Assembly (NCBI RefSeq): GCF_900167395.1
Contig: NZ_FUWK01000003.1
Location: 1-32,000, forward strand
Source of the DNA: Nitrosomonas europaea
GTDB taxonomy: Bacteria > Pseudomonadota > Gammaproteobacteria > Burkholderiales > Nitrosomonadaceae
Direction of reading: 5' to 3'
Length of the DNA stretch: 32,000 bases
Below are positions 16,487 to 25,174 of the stretch, one piece after another (position 1 is the first letter of the stretch; every line of letters starts with the position of its first letter). The translations under genes were made by a program, and so were the position numbers. The notes under the pieces were generated by a model. That model saw nothing but the letters and a program-made list of their open reading frames with translations. It had not been told where the DNA came from and ran no database searches.

Positions 16487-17869
16487 TCAGTTGGAGAGGC
16501 GTTGTAATGTGATGGGCGCCAATCTTTCTCCAGAGAGTGTTGCGTTTTGTGCGCCAGTATCAATTTTGAAGGTGATCGGTTTTCCACTGTACTCCGACAA
16601 GCCCGCGCAGCCGGCCGTATTGTAGGTAAAGCTGGATAATTTGAGTGTGCCGCTGGCTGCATCAAATGCATAAGTGGCCAGCTCGACTCCGGGTTTTGCG
16701 CACGCAGCCGGCGTGGATTGTGTAGCACTGCCGACCGGGTCAACCAGCATGTAGCGGTTATCGGGGAAAAACAGGAAGACAGGCGATTTGATCGAATCCT
16801 TGTCCATTGTCCAGGCACCAACGATACTCTGGGAGTTATCCATTTTATGGTAACGAATTTCCTGCACCGTAGTTTCGGCTACTTCATCATCAGAACTGAG
16901 CTCAATCGGTTTCGAGATATGGAACAATTCACCGAACAGACTTGCCTGTTCTCTTTCGCGTTGCACAATGACGATATCGGAGATGATCAGCTCATTTCCG
17001 TTGGTATAAACACGCCAGTTGGGGCGAGGATGAGACAGTCCTGACTGAAGATCGGTATCAACTTCGGGTGTGCTGACGAGTTTGAAGCCTCGTTCATCGT
17101 ATTCGGTCGCTTTGGCTGTTCCGTACTCGACACCGGCGGTAAATACCAGTTTGCTGCCGCACGCACGGTTTGCGTCACATGAATCGTCCGGTGTGGCAAT
17201 CCCATGCAGATATTCTCCGCTGCCATCGGTTGAAAAGCGGAAAAAGTTTAAACTGGTGTCATCCTGGTTCACCCAGAGATGGCCGCCCAGCAGGTTGACT
17301 GCCTGCGACAGAAAATGTGCATTGGCCTCATCCGCTGTTTTAATGCTGCCAGCTATGCCAGCGGCTTCCCGTGCAGTAGCGAGTGCAGGAGAAGAGGGAA
17401 AGGTGCCGGGATCTGCTTTCAGATCAAGTGAAGCATCCAGGGCATCAGCCGCAGTTTTGGGTATGGAAATACCGTTTGCGAGGTTGTTGTCAGCATCGAG
17501 TGATTGGAACAGAACCAGCAGATTGAGCAGTTTATTCCGGTCACCCGCAGCCAGTTCGATCGGCGTGGTGAGCCCTGTTCCGGGAATCTTGCCGAGATTC
17601 AGTTTGCCGATATGAAATTCGATACTGTCACCATGATTGAACTTGTAAAGTCCGGTTACATCAGTCACACCTGATGCACCTGATGAGGCAGAGTAGGACA
17701 CCCCCTCTACTGCCGAATCGGCCAGTATCCCGGTAGCGGGCCCTTGTGCCTGTGCAACCGGTTTTTTATTCGATGTGGCTTCCTGCTGGCTGTCACAAGC
17801 TGTCAGAGTTAATGCGAACAGGCTTGTGATGAGCAGTTGAATGGTTGTTTGCTTGTTATCTGTTTTCAT
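16487..17869 (-). CDS. Lipoprotein of unknown function (460 aa)
   Basis: Signal peptide plus lipobox (LTLTA-C), then a Ser/Gly/Asp-rich extracytoplasmic protein. I recognise no catalytic motif. Confidence 0.75.
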   Translation of the reverse strand: MKTDNKQTTIQLLITSLFALTLTACDSQQEATSNKKPVAQAQGPATGILADSAVEGVSYSASSGASGVTDVTGLYKFNHGDSIEFHIGKLNLGKIPGTGLTTPIELAAGDRNKLLNLLVLFQSLDADNNLANGISIPKTAADALDASLDLKADPGTFPSSPALATAREAAGIAGSIKTADEANAHFLSQAVNLLGGHLWVNQDDTSLNFFRFSTDGSGEYLHGIATPDDSCDANRACGSKLVFTAGVEYGTAKATEYDERGFKLVSTPEVDTDLQSGLSHPRPNWRVYTNGNELIISDIVIVQREREQASLFGELFHISKPIELSSDDEVAETTVQEIRYHKMDNSQSIVGAWTMDKDSIKSPVFLFFPDNRYMLVDPVGSATQSTPAACAKPGVELATYAFDAASGTLKLSSFTYNTAGCAGLSEYSGKPITFKIDTGAQNATLSGERLAPITLQRLSN

Positions 17870-18255
17870 TTCATTGAAGTGGTGCGAGTTAGATCATTTG
17901 TGACATGACAATCCGCTCGTTGGTGGCATATTACAATTGTAATCCTGTAATAGAAGAGGATAATGCGCCACTTTAACGGTTTTTGCAGATTGTGAACCTG
18001 ATATCAGCGCCTGATTATAGTCGATGAGTAAAGTAGTGTGGTTTAAATCTTGAAGTGGCAGGTTCGCAGTCCGTTTGGCATCATCATACCCGCGGCAGGG
18101 GCATCTACGGGCGAGGGATGTTCTTTTGCCATTGCGGTTTGATTTTGTGGAAAAAGATCATATTCACTGCTAAGGTATTCTGTCGCGACAAAATTTAATT
18201 CTTTCCCGGTTGGTTCTGATATTTATTCCTGACTGAGAGGTGGTACTGAAAATAT

Positions 18256-19362
18256 ATGTCCAGCTTTGTACAAACTCCTGATACTGCTGTTGCACAACCG
18301 CAACTTTCTGTTGACTGGTACTTAGATCCGCGGATCTTCGAGCTGGAAAAACAGCTGTTGTTTGACCAGGGGCCCGGGTATGTCGGGCACGAATTGATGG
18401 TGCCGGAGATGGGTGATTACTATGTGCCGGCCACACAAAACAATGCCAGAATCCTGGTTCGTAACGAGAATGGTATCGAACTGCTGTCGAATATTTGTCG
18501 CCATCGTCAGGCAACCATTCTGGAGGGACGGGGCAGTTCCAGAAATATAGTGTGCCCGATTCACCGCTGGACTTATGCAATGGATGGCAAATTGCTGGGA
18601 GCACCACATTTCAGTAAGAATCCTTGCCTGAATCTGGGTAAAACGATTTTGCAGCGTTGGAACGGGATGATTTTTGCCGGCAAGCGTGACATTAACCGGG
18701 ATCTTGCAGGGATGGGCTCACGTAACGAGCTGGATTTCTCAGGGTATGTACTGGATCGTGTTCAGATAGACCACTATCAGTGCAACTGGAAAACCTTCAT
18801 CGAGGTTTATCTGGAAGATTACCATGTCGATCCCTTTCATCCGGGGTTGGGCCATTTTGTGAATACCAGACAGCTTGAATGGGAATTCGGTGATTGGTAC
18901 AGCGTGCAGACCGTTGGTGTGAATCCTGATTTCAGTCACGCCGGTTCCGAGGTTTACCAGAAATGGCACGCACAGGTGTTGCAACAGAATAATCAGCAGA
19001 TTCCCCGTCATGGTGCGATCTGGCTGCTTTATTATCCTAATGTCATGCTTGAATGGTATCCGAATACACTCGTTGTCAGCACGCTGCTGCCAACCGGAAT
19101 AGAGCAGTGCATGAATATCGTCGAATTTTATTATCCGGAAGAAATCGCCCTGTTTGAACGCGAGTTTGTGGAAAGAGAGCAAGCTGCCTACCGGGAGACA
19201 GCCAGAGAAGATGATGAAATCTGCAGGCGAATTACGGCAGGCCGGCGCGCGCTGTATGAGCAGGGGGTGAACGAAACAGGTCCATATCAGCAACCGATGG
19301 AAGCAGGAATGGAGCATTTCCACCGCTTCCTCCGCCGTGAAATCGAGTCTCATCTGTACTGA
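18256..19362 (+). CDS. Rieske [2Fe-2S] non-heme-iron oxygenase, alpha-subunit type
   Basis: Rieske motif CRHR-x17-CPIHRW. Mononuclear-iron motif EDYHVDPFHPG. Confidence 0.85.
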   Translation: MSSFVQTPDTAVAQPQLSVDWYLDPRIFELEKQLLFDQGPGYVGHELMVPEMGDYYVPATQNNARILVRNENGIELLSNICRHRQATILEGRGSSRNIVCPIHRWTYAMDGKLLGAPHFSKNPCLNLGKTILQRWNGMIFAGKRDINRDLAGMGSRNELDFSGYVLDRVQIDHYQCNWKTFIEVYLEDYHVDPFHPGLGHFVNTRQLEWEFGDWYSVQTVGVNPDFSHAGSEVYQKWHAQVLQQNNQQIPRHGAIWLLYYPNVMLEWYPNTLVVSTLLPTGIEQCMNIVEFYYPEEIALFEREFVEREQAAYRETAREDDEICRRITAGRRALYEQGVNETGPYQQPMEAGMEHFHRFLRREIESHLY

Positions 19363-19382
19363 GCCGGAGTTTTGCAACCAGA

Positions 19383-20249
19383 ATGGCCTCATTATGGATG
19401 CTGGTGGCAGGCTTTATGTTCGCCTGTATGGGAGTGCTGGTCAAACTTGCTGCCGCATTCTTTTCCAATACCGAACTGGTATTTTACCGTTCGCTGGTGG
19501 GGGTGATTACAACTTTTCTGGTCATGCGTGCTTATGGCATGCCCCTCGTGACGGAACACTGGAAGAGCCATTGCTGGCGTGGATTATCCGGATTGGGTGG
19601 AGTGTTGCTGTTTTTTTACTGTATTTTGCAGTTGCCACTGGCGACCGCGATTTCGTTGAATAACACCTGGCCCCTTTTTCTGGCATTTCTGGCCATGATA
19701 TTACTGAAAGAGGAATTCAGCTGGTTGCTGGCGGGGGCGTTGGTAGTGGGTTTCATTGGAGTCATCTTCCTGCTCAGACCCACTCTGGCGGAAGGTCAAT
19801 GGTATCTGGCGCTGATCGGTATTGGCTCCGGCCTGTTTGCAGGCATTGCGCACTTCCATGTCAGGCAGTTGAGTGAGCTGGGTGAATCCGACTGGCTCAC
19901 CGTGTTTTACTTTACACTGGTATGTACGGTTGCCACCGGTTTATGGCTGACATTTACCGCGTTCAGCGCGGTCAGTCTGCAAAGTCTGACACTGGCGCTG
20001 GGTATCGGAGTCACGGCAACTCTGGCGCAGCTGGCTATTTCCCGTGCGCACCGGGGGAGCAATATTCTCATTGTCGGAGTACTTTCCTATAGTTCAGTGC
20101 TGTTCGCAGGATTGATGGATCTGTTCTTCTGGGATGCACGCCTGCCTGTTTCTGCCTGGGTGGGAATGGGACTGATCATACTGGGGGGATTGCTGAGTAT
20201 CCGGGGAATACCGGTGCGCAATTCGAGCATCGTTACGCTGGATGACTGA
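19383..20249 (+). CDS. DMT-superfamily (EamA/RhaT-like) transporter
   Basis: About 10 TM segments in two internally repeated halves; 288 aa. Confidence 0.75.
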   Translation: MASLWMLVAGFMFACMGVLVKLAAAFFSNTELVFYRSLVGVITTFLVMRAYGMPLVTEHWKSHCWRGLSGLGGVLLFFYCILQLPLATAISLNNTWPLFLAFLAMILLKEEFSWLLAGALVVGFIGVIFLLRPTLAEGQWYLALIGIGSGLFAGIAHFHVRQLSELGESDWLTVFYFTLVCTVATGLWLTFTAFSAVSLQSLTLALGIGVTATLAQLAISRAHRGSNILIVGVLSYSSVLFAGLMDLFFWDARLPVSAWVGMGLIILGGLLSIRGIPVRNSSIVTLDD

Positions 20250-20339
20250 TATTCTGTGAAATGGGGTGCCGGAATATCGGGTGACGCCAGCACTGTTGTT
20301 TGTCTATGATTAACATTCATCACTTGGAGCTTATGATCG

Positions 20340-20684
20340 ATGATCAATATTGAAGAAACCGGCAATCTTATTGTGGTCGCTGTTATCGGGGAATTTACCC
20401 TGGATGATTTCAGACAATTTGAAGATCAGGTGCTCTACCAGTTTCACTTCAACGGGGAAGCCAATTTACTGCTGGATTTGCGTGACATGGTGTCCTATTC
20501 GGTGGATGTCGCATGGAAGGAAATCAGGTTCATGCGTGAGCATGGCAGTAAAATCAATCGAGTGGCAGTGGTGACTGACAGCCAGTGGCAGGTGTGGAGT
20601 GCATGGGTTTCCAATTTGTTTACCGATGCGGATGTCGTCGTGTTTTCTGATTATGATGAGGCATATGGCTGGGCCAGGATCTAA
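20340..20684 (+). CDS. STAS/SpoIIAA-like small protein (DUF3478-type)
   Basis: 114 aa. The pattern ..G.LIVVAVIGEFTLDDF...L.DLRD....SVDVAWKE..F...H..KI.RVAVV is typical of this family. GGAG lies upstream. Confidence 0.6.
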   Translation: MINIEETGNLIVVAVIGEFTLDDFRQFEDQVLYQFHFNGEANLLLDLRDMVSYSVDVAWKEIRFMREHGSKINRVAVVTDSQWQVWSAWVSNLFTDADVVVFSDYDEAYGWARI

Positions 20685-20731
20685 TCGGATAGAGATGTAG
20701 TATTCGGTTAGATAGGTGGAGAGTGGTTGAT

Positions 20732-21208
20732 ATGGATGATTTTGTGCTGGCAAGGGTGCTGCATGTACTGGGAGTCGTGCTGTGGATAGGCGGTGTCGCG
20801 ATGGTGACAAGTACGCTGTTGCCGGTAATCGCAAGAATGCCGCCGGTTTTTGACCGGATGGATATTTTTCACCGTATTGAGAAACGTTTTGCACGTCAGG
20901 CACGGTTCACCACGCTGCTGGTCGGGTTGACCGGCTTTTATATGATCCATGTTCTCGATGCCTGGCATCGCTTTACTGAGATTCGCTTCTGGTGGATGCA
21001 CGCCATGGTGCTGGTGTGGGGCATATTCACTCTGTTTTTGTTCGTGCTAGAACCGCGTGTGATGCATAAAAAAGTCAGCGAAAATGCGCAACAGGATCCT
21101 GAAGCTACGCTAGCCAGAATGCAGAGAATGCACTGGCTGCTACTGAGTCTCAGCCTGATTACCGCTGCTGGTGCCGTTGCGGGAAGTCACGGCTGGTCAT
21201 TTTTCTGA
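20732..21208 (+). CDS. Integral membrane protein, 4 TM, unknown function
   Basis: Hydrophobic ORF. ATG 20732 is preferred, with GGAG 10 nt upstream, over the GTG at 20723. Confidence 0.65.
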   Translation: MDDFVLARVLHVLGVVLWIGGVAMVTSTLLPVIARMPPVFDRMDIFHRIEKRFARQARFTTLLVGLTGFYMIHVLDAWHRFTEIRFWWMHAMVLVWGIFTLFLFVLEPRVMHKKVSENAQQDPEATLARMQRMHWLLLSLSLITAAGAVAGSHGWSFF

Positions 21209-21210
21209 GA

Positions 21211-21594
21211 ATGATGATCGACTATCTGATACTGAAACATCTGCACGTGACGTGCGTAGCCATCAGCTACACGTTATTCGTACTACGCGGAATATGGATG
21301 CTAAATGCTTCCTCCCGTTTACGGCAACGCTGGGTAAAGATTGCTCCGCATATCAATGACACGGTTTTGTTGCTAAGCGCTGTTGCACTGGCGGTTTTGA
21401 CTCATAGAAACCCGCTCGTCGAAACCTGGCTGGCCGCTAAAATCATCGGTCTGCTGCTCTATATCATGCTTGGCCTCGTTGCTTTCAGACTGGGTAAGAT
21501 ACGCCGGGCAAAAGTGATGGCTTGGATATTGGCACAGATTGTATTTGCCTATATCGTATCGGTTGCCCTGACAAAAAATCCTCTTTTGTTCTGA
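21211..21594 (+). CDS. SirB2/YchQ-family membrane protein
   Basis: LKHLHVTCVAISYTLFVLRG, IAPHINDTVLLLSAV and AKIIGLLLYIMLG are typical of the SirB2 family; 127 aa. Confidence 0.75.
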   Translation: MMIDYLILKHLHVTCVAISYTLFVLRGIWMLNASSRLRQRWVKIAPHINDTVLLLSAVALAVLTHRNPLVETWLAAKIIGLLLYIMLGLVAFRLGKIRRAKVMAWILAQIVFAYIVSVALTKNPLLF

Positions 21595-21691
21595 TATCGG
21601 GCTGGCAGTAACTGACAATACTGCAATCGTTGCGTGTTCGTGAATCCCCGGGCTGCTGCCATGGATTCAATCAGGTCTTTTCAGCCTGATT

Positions 21692-23110
21692 TCAGCTTAT
21701 CCGGAAATTTTTGAATTGCCAGGGATCGGAAGTATCCAGATCTTCCTCGAATAACGCCTGCCTGCCCTGAAGAGGTGTCCAGTCACTATATCGACCGGTC
21801 ACTTCTCCCAGATAAGGTGTGGCAACCTGCAGTACCCGTTCAAATGACATTTCATCCGGTTCGACGATTCCTGATGCCGGGTTTTCGATTGCCCAGACCG
21901 TTCCACCCAGTATTCCTGCTGCTACCTGCAGGCTGGTGGCATTGTTGTAAGGGGCAAGATCACGAGCTTGCTCGATCGATAGCATCGAACCATACCAGTA
22001 GATTCCCCGGGCGTGTCCCATCAATGCTACCCCGAGTGCATCAGTGCCCTGTTCGATGTCATGCATCAGCAGGCGTACATTATTCTGCAGCCTGAAATTG
22101 CTTCCGCTGAATTCATTGATCGACAGCATGGTGGCATCGGTGGGGTGGTAGGCGTAGTAAACGGTAGGGCGATAGTGAGCATCGTTCCCATTTTTAAGGG
22201 TAAAGTAATTCGCGATCGAAATAGATTCCGAGTGAGTGATCAGAAAGCCCTGATAAGTGCCGGTCAATGGTGTCCAGCCAAGAACCTGTGTGCGCATACC
22301 GGGGCGTTGCAGATAAATGGCGGCATCACAGCCGAAACGGTGGTGCCGGGCGTCTGCCGGTTCATATTTTTCGTGGCTTCCCCAACCCAGCTCGGCCGGT
22401 TGCTGTCCTTCTCCGATGAAACCGTCGATTGACCAGGTATTCACAAACTCGTTGATGTGCTTGAACGGTCTGGCGATCTGGGTATCTCTTTCGGCGCATT
22501 GCATGATTTTTATATCCAGTTTTTGTGCAAGCTGACCCCACTCGTCTTGTGTTCGGGGAACGGTGGTAATGCCTTCAATGTCGTGCGCAATATTCAGCAA
22601 AGCCCGCTTGACCCAATGAGAAATCAGACCAGGGTTGGCGCCATGGCAAAGTACTGCCGTCGTGCCGCCACCGAGTTTCTGGCGGAGTGCCAGTGCCTGT
22701 TCCCGAAAACCATAATTCGAGCGTTCTGAAGGAGAAATATGAATATTGGTATAACCGCCCGGCCATGGCTCTATACAGGCATCGAGATAGAGTATTTCCC
22801 GTTCATGGCAGTATTCGATCAGCGCAAGGCTTGAGACATTGACGGACAGATTGAGCAGAAAATCACCATGTTCTACTATCGAGTTCAGGATTTCTCTGTA
22901 ATTCCCGGGAGTAAGCGGGCAGACTTTGAAAGAAATCTGCTCCTTTTCCGCTTGTGCTCTTCCTGTATCGTCACCGGTAATGATTAGAATGCGTTCGCGC
23001 GGGAGGTCAAAATGCCTGAGTAATAACGGGAGGAAACCTTGTCCGACACTTCCAAAACCTATCAAAATGAATTTGCCTGCAGGTGCTGCGAATTTTTCAT
23101 ACCTGTCCAT
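21692..23110 (-). CDS. hss: Homospermidine synthase
   Basis: The 472-aa ORF is collinear with bacterial Hss as I remember it: IGFGS.G.G.LPL..RHF, NLSV..SSL, GGTTAV..HGANPG..SHWVK, AERDTQ, NTWS..GF..EG.QPAELGWG, SDPWQF near the C-terminus. Confidence 0.9.
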   Translation of the reverse strand: MDRYEKFAAPAGKFILIGFGSVGQGFLPLLLRHFDLPRERILIITGDDTGRAQAEKEQISFKVCPLTPGNYREILNSIVEHGDFLLNLSVNVSSLALIEYCHEREILYLDACIEPWPGGYTNIHISPSERSNYGFREQALALRQKLGGGTTAVLCHGANPGLISHWVKRALLNIAHDIEGITTVPRTQDEWGQLAQKLDIKIMQCAERDTQIARPFKHINEFVNTWSIDGFIGEGQQPAELGWGSHEKYEPADARHHRFGCDAAIYLQRPGMRTQVLGWTPLTGTYQGFLITHSESISIANYFTLKNGNDAHYRPTVYYAYHPTDATMLSINEFSGSNFRLQNNVRLLMHDIEQGTDALGVALMGHARGIYWYGSMLSIEQARDLAPYNNATSLQVAAGILGGTVWAIENPASGIVEPDEMSFERVLQVATPYLGEVTGRYSDWTPLQGRQALFEEDLDTSDPWQFKNFRIS

Positions 23111-23263
23111 CGATCAGATATTTTCCTCCCTGGTGATTTTGTTGCTGATACTGATTTATAATGATTGAAAAGCTCAGGATAGGCGGGCGTGGAGATAAAA
23201 AGCCGCTGCCAGAGGGTGAAAGGAGCAGATTGTATATATTAGTGATTTCAGGGGCAAATCAGG

Positions 23264-23479
23264 ATGGATTATTTCTACGAATCGGAACACACCAAATTTA
23301 TGCGGGAATTGTTTGCAAAACGACCCGAACTTATCGAAAAACAAAAAGAAGCGCGTGCAATCTGGTGGGATAAAGATGTGGATCGTGAAGCTTTGAAATG
23401 CTTCGAGGAAGCCGAAGTGCCACAGAGAAGCTACGTATATTTTTCGTGGCCAGATCAAGAACAAGAAACAGAAAAATAG
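23264..23479 (+). CDS. DUF3460-family small protein
   Basis: The 71-aa ORF YESEHTKFMRELFAKRPELIEKQKEARAIWWDK matches the conserved betaproteobacterial small-protein pattern. Confidence 0.6.
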   Translation: MDYFYESEHTKFMRELFAKRPELIEKQKEARAIWWDKDVDREALKCFEEAEVPQRSYVYFSWPDQEQETEK

Positions 23480-23513
23480 TTGCCTGCTTCCTGTGTTTTT
23501 CCGCGGCAGTACG

Positions 23514-23542
23514 TTCAAATGGCGGTTGGAAGGTAGTATAAT
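23514..23542 (+). promoter_or_regulatory. Candidate sigma70 promoter (TTCAAA-17 bp-TATAAT)
   Basis: -35 TTCAAA at 23514-23519 and a perfect -10 TATAAT at 23537-23542 with 17-bp spacing. It lies about 240 nt upstream of tRNA-Arg. Confidence 0.35.
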
Positions 23543-23781
23543 TGCGGCGGCCTGTTTTCTTACGGGTATTACAGTGTCCGTTGTTGTTTATCGGGCCGGA
23601 GTATTGATCGATCCGGAGCATGATTTTATCTGATGGTTTGAGATCGCTCACTCCGGTTCACTGTATCTGACGGTAATGTTTCAGATCAGTAACAAGATAT
23701 CCAGAGTCTTACATATTTACCCTGCCGTTTCTTAAACTTCTTTGATGGAACGAGAAATAGAGCGTCAGCAGGTTCTCCCAG

Positions 23782-23857
23782 GCGCCCATAGCTCAGTGGA
23801 TAGAGTACTGCCCTCCGAAGGCAGGGGTCACACGTTCGAATCGTGTTGGGCGCGCCA
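23782..23857 (+). tRNA. tRNA-Arg (anticodon CCG)
   Basis: Hand-folded cloverleaf. Acceptor GCGCCCA/TGGGCGC, D arm GCTC/GAGT, anticodon stem CTGCC/GGCAG with loop CTCCGAA, T arm ACACG-TTCGAAT-CGTGT, discriminator G, encoded CCA. Confidence 0.95.
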
Positions 23858-23972
23858 CTTGAACTGTTTGAGGGCAGTCGAGGTGTGCACCTCAATGGAC
23901 AGAAAAGCAACTGACTCCCATAACCTTACCCGCATCCGAGTATGAGATATCCTGAACCTTTCTGCCCGCCGT

Positions 23973-24428
23973 TCAAGGGATAGAAAGAGCGAGTGCCTTA
24001 TTCTTGTAGCGCTTGTCTTCGGTTACTTCTTCCCCGAACCACGGCGGTGGTATGAATGCCTGTGCGGCATCTTCTGAAAGGAACTCCACCTCAACCAGCA
24101 TCAGGGGTGACAGATGTCCGGCAAAGACATCGAGTTCGAAGAGCTGTCCATCGGGCAGCTTTCCACTGTACCGGGTTTTCTCTACACGCCGCCCCTCTGT
24201 GGCAGGCCACAGCATTTCGAACTGAGTCACATCGATCTGAATTTCATACTCCTGTCGGGATAATCCACCCTCGGATTTCAGCGTCATGAAATATTCTGTG
24301 CCTTGCTGACGCAAGCGCAGCTCGATTGAATCTGTGGGGGTGGTCAGATAGCCCTGACGGAGCGGAACAGCGTGCAATTCGCCGTCAGGGAAAGTTGCCA
24401 CGAGAAATTTGCGTTCGATCTCGGTCAC
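23973..24428 (-). CDS. CYTH-domain triphosphate tunnel metalloenzyme (inorganic triphosphatase, NeuTTM-like)
   Basis: GTG start. The ExExK signature is at the N-terminus (TEIERKFLV); 151 aa. K7/Y27/K51/K84 are each offset by one from the residues I recall being studied in NeuTTM. The start overlaps the ParA-like stop (GTGA). Confidence 0.9.
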   Translation of the reverse strand: MTEIERKFLVATFPDGELHAVPLRQGYLTTPTDSIELRLRQQGTEYFMTLKSEGGLSRQEYEIQIDVTQFEMLWPATEGRRVEKTRYSGKLPDGQLFELDVFAGHLSPLMLVEVEFLSEDAAQAFIPPPWFGEEVTEDKRYKNKALALSIP

Positions 24429-25174
24429 GGTACTATCCGCTCAAGAAGTTCATCAAACAGTGCCTGATACGCCTTACCTGCCGGACTGTCCGGTGCGGTC
24501 GCGAGAACAGGGGCCCGTACCACTCCCATCCGCTCGATTTCGGAGGCGAAGGGGATCTTTGCGGCCATGATTCGTTTGGGATAATTATGTGTCAGTTCAA
24601 CGATCATCTCCCCATGCAAGGTTTTGGTTCCCTGGATCATCGAGAAAAAGGCATGAATCTTTTCCATCGGCAGATCGTGTTCGCGGAAGAATTCCAGTAA
24701 CTGTTCGAAAGTACGTTGCGAAAGTGTCGTGGGAATCACTGGTGTCACGACCGCATCTGCCGCGCGGAAGATATTTTCCGACAGAATAGAGATGTTGGGA
24801 GGACAGTCGAGCAGCACGATATCGTAATCACCTTTTACCGCCTTCAGAGCCTTTTTCAGACGTGAACGTGCATCTTTCATCTTCGACAGAAAGACATCGA
24901 AATCGCGAAAGCTCATGTTCGCGGGCAGAATATCGAGATTGTCGTAATCGCTGCCGCGTATCGACTTGGTAAAATGTTCGACATCCTCGAAAAAACGTGC
25001 TTCTGTCAATTTTTTCGATGGTTTTACGCGAAAGTAAAACCCTGACGCACCTTGTGGATCAAGATCGCATAGCAGCGTCCTCCGGCCAGATGTTGCGAAG
25101 GCATAGGCAAGATTGACAGCGGTGGCAGTTTTCCCGACTCCGCCTTTGTTGGAATAACAGGCAACGATCTGCAT
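24425..25174 (-). CDS. Orphan ParA/MinD-family P-loop ATPase (249 aa)
   Basis: Deviant Walker A NKGGVGKT at aa 9-16, A' motif LLCDLDPQG, Walker B YDIVLLDCPP. No N-terminal HTH extension. The ATG overlaps the CHAD gene stop (TGATG). Confidence 0.9.
   Translation of the reverse strand: MQIVACYSNKGGVGKTATAVNLAYAFATSGRRTLLCDLDPQGASGFYFRVKPSKKLTEARFFEDVEHFTKSIRGSDYDNLDILPANMSFRDFDVFLSKMKDARSRLKKALKAVKGDYDIVLLDCPPNISILSENIFRAADAVVTPVIPTTLSQRTFEQLLEFFREHDLPMEKIHAFFSMIQGTKTLHGEMIVELTHNYPKRIMAAKIPFASEIERMGVVRAPVLATAPDSPAGKAYQALFDELLERIVP

Noticed and set aside
17070-17615. 181-aa plus-strand ORF antisense to the lipoprotein gene
   Set aside because: Its Ser/Ala/Pro-rich low-complexity translation is a mirror of the Ala/Gly/Ser-rich lipoprotein frame. 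It has no signal or RBS.
18739-19392. 217-aa minus-strand ORF antisense to the Rieske oxygenase
   Set aside because: The oxygenase frame carries both the Rieske and mononuclear-iron motifs. The antisense ORF has none.
22013-22432. 139-aa plus-strand ORF, and neighbours, inside hss
   Set aside because: These are shadow ORFs of a full-length, motif-complete homospermidine synthase.
23686-23945. ORFs of 74 aa (minus) and 67 aa (plus) overlapping the tRNA-Arg gene
   Set aside because: The region folds into a canonical tRNA, so the ORFs are incidental.
24425-25174. ParA-like gene as the chromosomal partition ATPase (Soj/ParA)
   Set aside because: There is no adjacent parB, no gidA/gidB or oriC context, and no N-terminal HTH extension. 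The gene is embedded by overlapping codons between the CHAD and CYTH genes.
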